Virus record (IMG/VR): IMGVR_UViG_3300037424_000625
Span: 1 to 33,116 of that record
DNA length: 33,116 nt
Origin: a virus
Taxonomy: Duplodnaviria; Caudoviricetes
Reading direction: 5' to 3' (one strand)
The notes under the pieces were generated by a model that had not been told where the DNA came from, searched no databases, and saw only the letters and a list, made by a program, of their open reading frames with translations. How positions within the stretch are numbered: the first letter of the stretch is position 1; each line of letters starts with the position of its first letter. The position numbers and the translations under genes are program-made. Below, piece after piece: positions 1 through 9,073 of the stretch.

Positions 1-36
1 CGATGATCTCATCTTGTTCTACCTTCTGGTAGACTC

Positions 37-633
37 TTAGCTATTGATCAGACCGCCGATCGCAGAACCGGTTACAACCGAGTTCAGGATCTGACGAGCA
101 TGGTCAAAGCGAACGGTCAAGTCAATGGTGACTTTTTCACCGGTTGAGTAGTCCAAATCGCCCCAGTTCACTGCCTGTAGGAAGCAGCCTTCATACTTCC
201 AAGATTCAGTAACTGCTTCATTACCGTCAAGCATCTCAAGTTGCATACCGAACTTGTAAGAGAACGCTGTAGGAGCGGTATTTAGCCATGGGCCGGTTAC
301 ACCGATCAAACGCTGCTGCATCTCAAGCTGAGACTGGATCGCGTGCGTTGCACGGTTGGTAATGTCATCTTCTATCGTCAGAGTTGCTGGATCGAAGGTG
401 TGCTTACCTGCAACATAAACGCGAGAGTTGTAACGGTCAAGCTGAACTTCTTCAAACGAAAGGCTCGGACGAGTATGAGTGATGACCTGAAGGGATAGAT
501 CGTTGGGAACGCCGGAAGTAGATCCGGAAATTCCACCGAGACCGGTGAAGAGAACTCTCCAACGGTTTTTAGCTTTTGGTTGGAGGACGCCGTTACCGAC
601 ACCTGCAATACCGACTTGTGCGAGAGTAGCCAT
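37..633 (-). CDS. gp19: T4-like tail tube protein
   Basis: 198 aa; 'LQPKAKNRWRVLF', 'RPSLSFEEVQL...YVAGKHTF', 'ESWKYEGCFLQAVNWGDLDY...IDLTVRFDHA' match the gp19 tube pattern; AGGAG RBS. Confidence 0.9.
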   Translation of the reverse strand: MATLAQVGIAGVGNGVLQPKAKNRWRVLFTGLGGISGSTSGVPNDLSLQVITHTRPSLSFEEVQLDRYNSRVYVAGKHTFDPATLTIEDDITNRATHAIQSQLEMQQRLIGVTGPWLNTAPTAFSYKFGMQLEMLDGNEAVTESWKYEGCFLQAVNWGDLDYSTGEKVTIDLTVRFDHARQILNSVVTGSAIGGLINS

Positions 634-675
634 TTTTTCTCCTAGTGATGCATACTTACATCGTTTTTAGACTAG

Positions 676-686
676 CTTATTTATCA
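676..686 (-). promoter_or_regulatory. putative late promoter (GATAAATA) for tail tube gene
   Basis: TAAATA core resembling T4 late TATAAATA; the same core precedes many structural genes in this window. Confidence 0.5.
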
Positions 687-703
687 GGAAGAGACCAAAA
701 ACT

Positions 704-1513
704 TCAAATTCCACCTGGGTTGACAGGTTGTGTACCACCGGGATCGGGTGCAGTAATGGTTGCGTTTGTGCCATCTGTAACTGTGAATTCAGTGTAAGTT
801 GTACCGAATGGAGTCAAGTTACCATCCTGATCAATCTCATCTAATGTCAAAGTGTTAAGATCGCCGATTCTAATTTTGATGCTCTGCACAAGATCATTGC
901 GAACTTCAATCGGGGGAGACAACCATACCGGCATCTCGAATTGCAGAGACCAGATGATCACGCGACGATCTACTCCCATCGGGTAGTTTTCTTCATTGTT
1001 GATTCCGCGTAAGAATAGCTTTGAGATCTTCGTCCAGTCAAACGGAGCATCATTGAACTGAAGCTGCATATCATAGTCAAACAGAATCAAGATCTGCTCG
1101 ATGATCTGAAACATCTGGTCAGTGTTCGATGCGTAGATCGAGAGTTCCATCTGCATGTTGTATGGAATCGCCATCACTCTCTGGATCGACTTAACGTCGT
1201 CTGGGAAGATACCACCTTGCTCCAGGAAGGTACGACGATCGGTCTGGTTGACACCGTGCATTCGGTCAGGAGCAAGCTCAAGTCCGGTCAAGTAGCAAGA
1301 CATCATCGGAAGCGTGTGCAGCTTATTCTGTGTGTTACCGGCTGCAATCGCAGCTGTCACCCGATCGGAAGAGCCGTATCTGACAGGAACTTCCATCATG
1401 ATCGACTGCCCAGCACCGTCAAGTCCGCCGTAAACTTGCATGCCAGCAAAAACATTTGCAAAGCCGAGAATGAACTTCTTGATTTGACGATTATAATAAT
1501 AATGACGAATCAT
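704..1513 (-). CDS. gp15: T4-like tail sheath stabiliser / tail completion protein
   Basis: 'YYYNRQIKKFILGFANVF', 'VPVRYG', 'LPMMS', 'IPYNMQMELSIY...QIIEQILILF' are gp15-type motifs. Confidence 0.85.
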   Translation of the reverse strand: MIRHYYYNRQIKKFILGFANVFAGMQVYGGLDGAGQSIMMEVPVRYGSSDRVTAAIAAGNTQNKLHTLPMMSCYLTGLELAPDRMHGVNQTDRRTFLEQGGIFPDDVKSIQRVMAIPYNMQMELSIYASNTDQMFQIIEQILILFDYDMQLQFNDAPFDWTKISKLFLRGINNEENYPMGVDRRVIIWSLQFEMPVWLSPPIEVRNDLVQSIKIRIGDLNTLTLDEIDQDGNLTPFGTTYTEFTVTDGTNATITAPDPGGTQPVNPGGI

Positions 1514-1959
1514 TTTACAATCTGTACCTTTGTACCTTTAGATTTGAGAGCTTCGTAGATTGAAGTATACCCATCTAAATCAGCTTGAGAATTTGAGATG
1601 TCTACCTTTTCATCATATCCATTTTTTTGACGATTCCATAATGTTTTGACTGAAGGTAACATGAAATGAACTTCTACTCCTTCTGGTGGTTTCTTGACTT
1701 TTGCAGCTATGATCTTTTTGTCTCCTGGTATTTCTCCCTCATAATAAAGATGAGTTTCCACGACAGTAGATTTTCCTGCGTATTTTTGTAATGGCTTCCA
1801 CCATCCAGAATTTGTTATGTCAATGTCAGTAGTTTGATATTCTGTCAAACACTCGGTATTCGCTTTCTTACATAGATTTCTCTTGTAAGTAGATTTACCA
1901 GAATCTAATGGTCCAGTTACAATAATTAGACCATGAGAAACAATTTCGTAAAGTTTCAT
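1510..1959 (-). CDS. P-loop NTPase / small kinase-like protein
   Basis: Walker A 'IIVTGPLDSGKST'; start set at ATG 1959 (MKLYEIV) because it overlaps the upstream stop (TAATG). Confidence 0.65.
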   Translation of the reverse strand: MKLYEIVSHGLIIVTGPLDSGKSTYKRNLCKKANTECLTEYQTTDIDITNSGWWKPLQKYAGKSTVVETHLYYEGEIPGDKKIIAAKVKKPPEGVEVHFMLPSVKTLWNRQKNGYDEKVDISNSQADLDGYTSIYEALKSKGTKVQIVK

Positions 1960-2159
1960 TATGATACCCGCGTCTTTTGATGAATTGCATGGTACCGTGC
2001 TAATCGAGGGCATCCTTCTTTAGAACAACCATGTGGTAGGTCTTGAGATTCTCTTGGACAACGACAGTTCTGCTCGGCTGCATGTTGGATCTCAACATTG
2101 GAAGCATTGCTGCTAAAAGCATTGACTGTCTCGACGACTTTAAGTTCATTAAGCTTCAC
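1959..2159 (-). CDS. small Cys/His-rich hypothetical protein
   Basis: 66 aa, translationally coupled at both ends (ATGA-type and TAATG overlaps); MKLNEL leader. Confidence 0.55.
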   Translation of the reverse strand: MKLNELKVVETVNAFSSNASNVEIQHAAEQNCRCPRESQDLPHGCSKEGCPRLARYHAIHQKTRVS

Positions 2160-2812
2160 ATGTACCTCGTCAATTCACGCTTGATCTTCTTCGTGTATTC
2201 TGGGTTCAACCCTTTCTTACGCTTGAAATTTGTTATTCCCACGTTGTAAGCATGCCAAGCATCTTCTTTGTTACCTAGCTTTTGATAGTAATGATCCAAG
2301 ATCTCGTATGTCTTCTTGATCTGCTTCTCAACACTTCCTGAAAGCTCATTAGCTTTCATTCCCCAAATCTTTGGCCTGATCTGAGTATAACCGACGGCGG
2401 GGTCTTTTTTCAATTTTGAAACAGCCGTCTTTTTGAAACTGCTTTCAACTCCGATCTGGGCAAGAATGTCTTCAGCAGTAAAGTTTGAAGTTTCATGCTT
2501 AATTGCTAGCTTGACTACTTTTTCAGCTTCAGCTGCACTGATATTGTGCTTATATTTTGATAGAACAGAATCTGTTAGTTCTTTAACCCTAAGCTGTTCT
2601 TCTTGAGCTGGAGTAAGTTTCTTAGTCAGCTCTTTCTTGGCTTCATCTTTGGCAACCTGCACAGTTCGAGTTTTTTCGGTGTCTTTTTGATCAGCATGAA
2701 GTTTGGTTACGCCACCAGCTCCAATTGCAGCTCCGAGAGCTGCACCGGCCAAAACATGTCGCAACTTGATCTCATCAAGTTGGTCTTCTTGCAGAATGTC
2801 GTTTACCTTCAT
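2156..2812 (-). CDS. SLT-family lytic transglycosylase
   Basis: 'AQIGVESSF' (catalytic Glu), 'AVGYTQI', 'HAYNVG' = three SLT motifs; N-terminal Ala/Gly hydrophobic segment; AGGAG RBS. Confidence 0.85.
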   Translation of the reverse strand: MKVNDILQEDQLDEIKLRHVLAGAALGAAIGAGGVTKLHADQKDTEKTRTVQVAKDEAKKELTKKLTPAQEEQLRVKELTDSVLSKYKHNISAAEAEKVVKLAIKHETSNFTAEDILAQIGVESSFKKTAVSKLKKDPAVGYTQIRPKIWGMKANELSGSVEKQIKKTYEILDHYYQKLGNKEDAWHAYNVGITNFKRKKGLNPEYTKKIKRELTRYM

Positions 2813-2832
2813 CTTTTAACTCCTAGAAGTAT

Positions 2833-4497
2833 TTACATCTTGTCGTCTGGGTTGATTCTTGTTGTCGAAGAGATGATCTTTCCGATCGTCTTCTTGTGCG
2901 ATTCAGGCGCTACACGAGAGTTAATCTCGATAACTTTCCAACGTTGAGTAGAAGCAAACCAACGCAGTAGTCGATCAGGCGGTCTGATTGCAGCATTCAC
3001 ATTCGTGTAAGTCTGACGGTGATAGTGACCATCCGCGATCGTGTTTGCAGTTGGTAAAGCATCTCCATACGTGTACGCAGCTCCGTTTGGTGGTAAAGCG
3101 TCTTCTGCGTAGAGATCATTTCCGTCATAGGCACCAGTTGGTCCCAGTAAGGGCTTACCTGACTGGATGTCTTGTGGATCTTCACCTGTCTGTGACACAG
3201 CAATCGCAGAAGCTTGCTTGATCTCTTCAGTTGACTTGAAAGCTTGATCATTTTGCAAGAGACTGTTCAGTAAGAAGTCACTGTCAGAAGTAGCCTCATT
3301 AACTTGACCTGGCACCCCAAGAAGATCTTTCTGTTCGATCGCGGGAAGAATGGGTTGTGCATAGAACCTGAAGAGATTCGGTCGCCAGTTGGGAGTATAT
3401 CCGTCAGTACTCCAGCCAGCATCCGTGACTTCTAGCCACTTTCTAACAGGTTTGAGGTTTGGATCAAATTGAATCTCGCCCGGTAGCTCGACAATGTCAC
3501 CGACAACGACAGGACGGCCCAACTTTACGACCATGTCAGCAAAGCTAGTAGTAAAGATGTAAGTCTGCGGTAGGTTGATACCAAACTTTGCTAGTTCTGA
3601 CTGAACGTCCAAGAGATCATACGTACACTTCAACATCGTCGATGAGTGGCAGTAAGCACGAGCTCGATTCTCAAGTAACTCAAAGTCCTCTATGTTATCT
3701 AGTGAGATCTGGGTAGCCTGTAAGAAGTGAACTTCAAGCACTTCCCAAGGTTTATTTGCTGCGACCCCAGAGAAGAAAGACGGAACGAGGCGCCATGAAC
3801 GATAAGCTGCGTTTGAGCGAATGCCGAGGGTCACTAGAGTAGCTACGTCTGGAGCATTCAAGACATCAACACGATACCAAGTAACATTGTCATCAGATGC
3901 CTCAACACGAATCTGAGTGCAGCGCATCCCAGGATCTGATCCTTGTTTAATCTTCAATGTGGAAATCTGCTGACGCACCGCAGTACTTGGGAAAGTGCGT
4001 TCTGTACCGCCTAGATTATTGGGCGGCCAAGCTTTCAACGTTCCAAAGTCATAACCAAGGTAGGCTGGTGCTGTTATGACGGCTGCACCGGTTTGTACAG
4101 AACGCCAGGCAGTTTGAACCCCCGCAGTAAACGCATTGGTTGTGTTGTAACCAGCGGCAGTGCCACCGGAAACTGGGTTGCCTACTCCAGGCTGATCAAG
4201 AGTGGAGCCTTGATTGTGAACTCCCAACATTGGGAAGACGTTAACGGGACCAGCAGCAATGTTGAGGGCTTCGGCCATGAGCGAAGCCATGTAGTTCGAA
4301 TCGTTTTCTGCGCACTCAGAAGTTGAGAGATCAAGCGTACCCTTCTGGTAATTAGGAGGAACGTAAGCACCGTTCTGAATGTTGGTGTTAGTCTTAGCTC
4401 CGTCATTCTGAAAGATGTTAATAGGAGGCTGTGTCGTGTCATTGACACGGCAATTCGGATCATTCGCGTTTGGTGGAGTTACTGGAGGATTAGCCAT
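2833..4497 (-). CDS. gp14: gp14-like neck / head completion protein with inserted discoidin (F5/8 type C)-like domain
   Basis: 'LLENRARAY', 'ELAKFGINL', 'GRPVVVGDIVELP' are gp14-like; insert 'AF...WRS...YLGYDFG...VEASDDNVTW...YRSWRL'; lies downstream of gp13. Confidence 0.7.
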   Translation of the reverse strand: MANPPVTPPNANDPNCRVNDTTQPPINIFQNDGAKTNTNIQNGAYVPPNYQKGTLDLSTSECAENDSNYMASLMAEALNIAAGPVNVFPMLGVHNQGSTLDQPGVGNPVSGGTAAGYNTTNAFTAGVQTAWRSVQTGAAVITAPAYLGYDFGTLKAWPPNNLGGTERTFPSTAVRQQISTLKIKQGSDPGMRCTQIRVEASDDNVTWYRVDVLNAPDVATLVTLGIRSNAAYRSWRLVPSFFSGVAANKPWEVLEVHFLQATQISLDNIEDFELLENRARAYCHSSTMLKCTYDLLDVQSELAKFGINLPQTYIFTTSFADMVVKLGRPVVVGDIVELPGEIQFDPNLKPVRKWLEVTDAGWSTDGYTPNWRPNLFRFYAQPILPAIEQKDLLGVPGQVNEATSDSDFLLNSLLQNDQAFKSTEEIKQASAIAVSQTGEDPQDIQSGKPLLGPTGAYDGNDLYAEDALPPNGAAYTYGDALPTANTIADGHYHRQTYTNVNAAIRPPDRLLRWFASTQRWKVIEINSRVAPESHKKTIGKIISSTTRINPDDKM

Positions 4498-5098
4498 TGT
4501 TCAGTACCTTGCAATTGTCGAAGTGGTATCTCATCATGTTAGAAGACATGCCAAATTTATGGCAATGTGGACAAGTCAAGATTTGACGGCTCTTGGCAGC
4601 GTTAGAAAGCTTTGCACAAGTTTCTTCTGATACTACTTTTCCTTTGTGAGTTGCAGAAATAATTGCGCGATGTTCTGAAGTAATCTCTCTTCCCTTCCAT
4701 CGCTCAGAGATAGCAGCTTTAGTAGATTCTGAGATTACCACATTTCCAGTTCTTGCCTTAGAGATTTTTGCTCTAGTTTCTTTAGTAACTTCATGCCCCT
4801 TCATTCTTCCTGGACCATCAAGACCATTTTCAACCATCAAGTTCAGCCAATGATCAGACTTCACGATATCTTGTTGATCAGAGAAAAGTAATGCAAATTT
4901 TTTAAGATCTTCTTGCTCATAAAAGAGACAATACCAAAGAGTCTCTACATGTTCATAACCATGTTTCTTCAGGTGATTGACCCAATGCTTTCCTGATCCT
5001 GCATACTTCACCGGATCTGAGCTTGTAGTCTTCCCGAAGTAGCATTTGCCTGTAAGAGCATGCTGCTTGATATAGAGATAGGTCGGACGAAAATTCAT
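4490..5098 (-). CDS. GIY-YIG-type homing endonuclease with NUMOD3-like repeats
   Basis: 'YLYIKQH...YFGKT...YAGSGKHW'; repeats 'ETRAKIS', 'EHRAIIS', 'ETCAKLS'; C-terminal 'CPHC...HFDNCK'. Confidence 0.8.
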   Translation of the reverse strand: MNFRPTYLYIKQHALTGKCYFGKTTSSDPVKYAGSGKHWVNHLKKHGYEHVETLWYCLFYEQEDLKKFALLFSDQQDIVKSDHWLNLMVENGLDGPGRMKGHEVTKETRAKISKARTGNVVISESTKAAISERWKGREITSEHRAIISATHKGKVVSEETCAKLSNAAKSRQILTCPHCHKFGMSSNMMRYHFDNCKVLNNG

Positions 5099-5113
5099 AA
5101 GTGATTGATTTTA

Positions 5114-7255
5114 TTAACCTATCATGAATGGCAAATAAAAATTATCAGGACCATTTTGACCCACTTCCATGTCTTGGATCTGACGCAAACAATCTTCATG
5201 TAAACGCTGTCCTTCTGCCATTAGCTCTGAAGCATTCATTGAGAGAGTACCCCCAGGACCGGGTAGAGTAGAGTACTTTCCTCGAATGTTTGCAAGCATC
5301 ATGCAGCATGCACCTCTTGCCCACTGTTGGATCCACTGAGCAACCCAACGATCTTGCAGTAGCTCTTGTTCTGGTTTCTCACAGCTTGTCTCAATGAGAA
5401 CTTTTTCAGGGGTACCGAACTTCTTGTAGATGTTCAGTTGTCGTGACGCTTCTCTCCAATTAAATGTTACTTCGCCTGCAAACAGCAGAGAGAACGTTTC
5501 TGACATTGCGTGGATCAAGTGAATCGACACCAAATCGTAAGACACGCCCGGAGCATAGAATTGGTTCAGGAACTGCTGTGCATAGATGTTGTCAGGTGCA
5601 AAGTTTACCAAACCTAGCAAATTCAAACGGTGAATCTTTAAAACATCTGCAATTCGATCAGTACCAGTCGACGGGTCATTGAGATAGTAAATGTCTTGGA
5701 ACTGCTGAATCTGCATGAAAAAGTATTGCTTTGTGTAAGCCGAGTCAGTACGGTGACGTAGTTCTTGAAGAGCATTATCGATCGCGATGTGAAAGTGATC
5801 TTCAATCAACTCTACACAAACTACCGGCCAACCAAATTGTTTCTTCAACACGTCAATCATGCTTACACGAGCAAAAGACGTCAGGTCTGTACCGACATCT
5901 TGCTTTTCATACATCGGTGTACCAGATGAAGTTTCTACCGAGTTCCATCGAGAACCATCCCAGCACTTCAGTAGTTTTTGGGCTGTATTGTAGAAAAAGT
6001 CACCCAGTGCCGGATATCCAACGGGAAGTCCTACTTGTCCAGGTACTGGATCAAATGTGTTCGTTAGTACGTTTGATGGTGAGGTAGGGGCCCATTGTTG
6101 ATTAGCAGAATCCCAAACAAAAACTAGCTTCTGATTCTCATCAAAGTAAACTTGCCCAGGCATTGGGTTGAGCGGTGGACCGTAACTCTTCGGAAGATCA
6201 TTCGCATACGTTCCCGGTGCAGACGTTTGTGAAGTTGCATAAGACTGAACCCCAAACGTGTAGTAGTTCAGGACGTTCGAGACGACGTGAGCTGAGAAGT
6301 AGTACGGAGTATTGGGTTGCAGACCGGTAACGATCATCGAAGTCGTGGTGACGTCATTGTAAAATGCACCAACTACTTGAGCGCTTCCGATCATATCAGA
6401 CATGAGGGTAACAGATGAGACCGGTATGCTAAATCCAGATCCAACAGTTCCGAGATTTGCAGTCAACAAGTCACCGTCATACAATGGTACAGCACCGGTT
6501 GTGGTGTTTACTAGTTGATATGGAACATAGTCTGTACCGGAGTTGATGAGCGTCACGGTGGTAACAGTTCCAAGTGCTCCAACGACGATCGTTGCTGTTG
6601 CTCCCTTACCCGATCCACCAAGTAGCGAAACAGTGTATGTGCCTGGGGTGTATCCAGAACCCGGAGTGATCATACCTATCCCAGCGATACTACCACCGGT
6701 CATACTAGCAGATGATGAGTAAAGAACCGTGTCGGTTGGATAGTTAGATTGATTGATCTCGCGAACAGATCCCGTGAGCAGGATTCCGTTGTAAACGTTG
6801 ATGTTCGTAGATCCAGTTATTTGGTTCTTTGGTAGACTCCAAGATAAAATTCCAGCAGTGCCTGCTAATCCAGAATCAGGAGTGACAGCAGTACCAGTAC
6901 CAGAACCTACTCCGGTAGCAGTGAACGCATAATTCAAAGCAGTACCGGTACCAGTTCCTGGACCAGTAGCAGTGAATGTAGTCCCAATCGTATCGGATTG
7001 TGCACCGATCGAAGTGAAATCGGTGGTCTCTACTGAATTGATGATATAAGTCTGACCAATGACGAAACTTCCAGCCGGAATGCTTTGTGCACCGATCGTC
7101 GTAAAGTCAGTTGTGCCTAGCGAATTGATCAGATAAGACTGACCGACAATAAAGCTTCCAGCAGTGATGAGAGAAGCTCTCGTGAAATTCAAGGGACCGA
7201 TGGCTTGACCATCTGTCCATAGCAAGTGTTTTGAATCAGGAATTCCGTTAGACAT
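5114..7255 (-). CDS. gp13: gp13-like neck protein with large N-terminal extension
   Basis: C-terminal ~250 aa 'GWPVVCVEL...IDNALQELR...WIQQW...RGKYSTLPGPGGTLSMNASEL' is the gp13 core; N-terminal ~460 aa of Gly/Thr-rich modules. Confidence 0.8.
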   Translation of the reverse strand: MSNGIPDSKHLLWTDGQAIGPLNFTRASLITAGSFIVGQSYLINSLGTTDFTTIGAQSIPAGSFVIGQTYIINSVETTDFTSIGAQSDTIGTTFTATGPGTGTGTALNYAFTATGVGSGTGTAVTPDSGLAGTAGILSWSLPKNQITGSTNINVYNGILLTGSVREINQSNYPTDTVLYSSSASMTGGSIAGIGMITPGSGYTPGTYTVSLLGGSGKGATATIVVGALGTVTTVTLINSGTDYVPYQLVNTTTGAVPLYDGDLLTANLGTVGSGFSIPVSSVTLMSDMIGSAQVVGAFYNDVTTTSMIVTGLQPNTPYYFSAHVVSNVLNYYTFGVQSYATSQTSAPGTYANDLPKSYGPPLNPMPGQVYFDENQKLVFVWDSANQQWAPTSPSNVLTNTFDPVPGQVGLPVGYPALGDFFYNTAQKLLKCWDGSRWNSVETSSGTPMYEKQDVGTDLTSFARVSMIDVLKKQFGWPVVCVELIEDHFHIAIDNALQELRHRTDSAYTKQYFFMQIQQFQDIYYLNDPSTGTDRIADVLKIHRLNLLGLVNFAPDNIYAQQFLNQFYAPGVSYDLVSIHLIHAMSETFSLLFAGEVTFNWREASRQLNIYKKFGTPEKVLIETSCEKPEQELLQDRWVAQWIQQWARGACCMMLANIRGKYSTLPGPGGTLSMNASELMAEGQRLHEDCLRQIQDMEVGQNGPDNFYLPFMIG
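6997..7165 (-). repeat. 87-bp (29-aa) imperfect tandem duplication in the gp13 N-terminus
   Basis: ITAGSFIVGQSYLINSLGTTDFTTIGAQS / IPAGSFVIGQTYIINSVETTDFTSIGAQS; 'tgcaccgatc' at 7001 and 7088. Confidence 0.85.
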
Positions 7256-7760
7256 TTTCTATTTCCTTCAATTTGCAATTCTCAAAGTGCCAATGCTTCA
7301 TAGGTGGTTCAGTCCCAATCTTTTCACAATAAGGGCACTTAACTTTGTGTCTTGAATTGTGTTTAGGAGAAAGTGCACATGCACTTCTCATCTTTGTTAA
7401 GTGTTCTAGGGATTTAGAATTGTGATTAGGTGATGCAATTGCAAAAGCTCGCCATTCTTTTAATTGTTCAGGAGTACCACCGGTGCCCCCACCATCTTGT
7501 CCATCTTCAGGTTTCAGATTCAACCACTGCTCTGACTTGACAATATCCATCTTCTCAGAGAACTCTAAAGCAAACTTTGTACACTCTTCTTGCTCATCGA
7601 AGAATTCATACCAAAGATTCACAACATGCTCAAACCCTTGAACTTTCAAATGACGAAGCCAATGTTTACCAGATCCGTTATACTTGTTCGGATCACTAAC
7701 TGTCTTTCCAAAGTAGAACTTACCGGTAACAGTATGCTGTTTGATGTAAAGATATGGCAT
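7248..7760 (-). CDS. GIY-YIG-type homing endonuclease (paralog of 4490..5098)
   Basis: 'YLYIKQHTVTGKFYFGKT...YNGSGKHW'; C-terminal 'CPYC...HFENCK'. Confidence 0.8.
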   Translation of the reverse strand: MPYLYIKQHTVTGKFYFGKTVSDPNKYNGSGKHWLRHLKVQGFEHVVNLWYEFFDEQEECTKFALEFSEKMDIVKSEQWLNLKPEDGQDGGGTGGTPEQLKEWRAFAIASPNHNSKSLEHLTKMRSACALSPKHNSRHKVKCPYCEKIGTEPPMKHWHFENCKLKEIENV

Positions 7761-7765
7761 GATTT

Positions 7766-7773
7766 TATTTATG
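7766..7773 (-). promoter_or_regulatory. putative late promoter (CATAAATA)
   Basis: CATAAATA lies 5 nt upstream of the ATG at 7760. Confidence 0.5.
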
Positions 7774-7811
7774 AAGAATCAAACTTAAAAGTTTGAAGTT
7801 ACTAACGCGAT

Positions 7812-7819
7812 TATAAATA
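7812..7819 (+). promoter_or_regulatory. T4-type late promoter TATAAATA
   Basis: exact T4 late consensus upstream of the GGAG RBS and ORF 7852. Confidence 0.6.
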
Positions 7820-7851
7820 TCGTCATCAAATAATTCTCTCTGGAGCAATTC

Positions 7852-8544
7852 ATGGAACTCTTACAAGAACTTTTACAAATTAATGAAGCAAAACCAAGAC
7901 GAGCCTGGGATGGTCGACTGAAGAAGATTGACAAACTCTTGTGGTGGATGTACGACAAGGGAATTCTCAACAAGACTGACCAAAAGAAGAAAGATTCTGT
8001 CTTTCATCAGTACTATCGTTGGTACAATGACGGTGACCTACCTGCCGCAGTTCGCGGAATGGGAGTCAGGAAGTGGAATGAGAAGAGAGTTGAAGAAGAA
8101 CTTGAGAAGTATCTTGAAGAGTTCATTAAGTCAATGCTAGCAAAATACATGCCAAAGATCAACCGTAAGGAATTCCGTATTGACACAGCAATTAAAGACC
8201 TGTTGACGGTTAAAGACGTCGCAGATAATAAAGATGCTCATGGCCTCTTAAATTACTGGCTGAAGACAGTTAAGATTGAAGATGAAGCTGGCGATCTGGT
8301 AAAGCTTGTTGATGAGCTTGAAAAGAAGTACAATGCTCTAGATAATGTGACCAAGAAAGCTGATCCAAAGCACGGTGATTACTCTATTCTTTATCGTCGT
8401 GACAAGATGAAGGAAGCTGGCACATGGACCGATAAGATGGAACCACAATATGATGAGGTTGCTAAACTTACAGGAGAAATTTCATCGTTTATCGGAAACG
8501 TTATTGAAGGACTCAAGAAGCTGCAAGCTGAATTTAAGAAGTAA
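7852..8544 (+). CDS. hypothetical late protein, probably head-internal
   Basis: 230 aa; RBS GGAG; MELLQELLQINEA leader; 'YYRWYNDGD' motif. Confidence 0.8.
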   Translation: MELLQELLQINEAKPRRAWDGRLKKIDKLLWWMYDKGILNKTDQKKKDSVFHQYYRWYNDGDLPAAVRGMGVRKWNEKRVEEELEKYLEEFIKSMLAKYMPKINRKEFRIDTAIKDLLTVKDVADNKDAHGLLNYWLKTVKIEDEAGDLVKLVDELEKKYNALDNVTKKADPKHGDYSILYRRDKMKEAGTWTDKMEPQYDEVAKLTGEISSFIGNVIEGLKKLQAEFKK

Positions 8545-8634
8545 GCATGTACAACGTTTCGTCACCGTAGATCCCGAATCCGGTCGTGGACTTTACGATG
8601 ACGAAACGAAGTTTGTAGGGAGTTTTAACACCAT

Positions 8635-8677
8635 TGCAAAAGCTGAAGTTGCTTTTTAAGCAACTTCAGCTTTTGCA
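8635..8677. repeat. perfect 20-bp inverted repeat (3-nt loop) between convergent transcription units
   Basis: tgcaaaagctgaagttgctt-ttt-aagcaacttcagcttttgca. Confidence 0.9.
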
Positions 8678-8701
8678 GTCTCTACGGCATGATTGTAAGC
8701 A

Positions 8702-9073
8702 TCAGCCGAAGCATTCAGTTACCAGTCTTTTGGTTTGATCAATACCGACGTGATCTGTCTGATTCACAATCTTGATCAAGTCAAATCCAGCCTCGTGAGG
8801 TAAGATTCTGAGGAACTCATCATGATTTCCAGGGACAAAGATCACCTTTGTCCTCGATTTCATCATACCAAGAATGCGACGAACGACTTTTGTGTGGCTC
8901 TTCTTCCATGTCCACTTGTTCTGCTGGATTCTCCACCCGTCAATGATGTCACCGACGAGGTAGAGAGTTTCACAAGAGTTGTGCTTCAAGAAATTGTTTA
9001 GCTCTTCAGCTTTGCAGTCTCGAGTACCAAGGTGAACGTCGCTAATGAAGATAGCGCGATACTTTTTGATCAT
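8702..9073 (-). pseudogene. C-terminally truncated calcineurin-like metallophosphoesterase (LpxH/UDP-2,3-diacylglucosamine hydrolase-like)
   Basis: 'ISDVHLG', 'LVGDIIDGW', 'PGNHD' present; ORF ends at 'LVTECFG*' where 'xxHGD' and the final motifs are expected. Confidence 0.7.

Noticed and set aside
7779-7796. Short hairpin tcaaact-taaa-agtttga between divergent late promoters
   Set aside because: AT-rich 7-8 bp stem that could easily arise by chance
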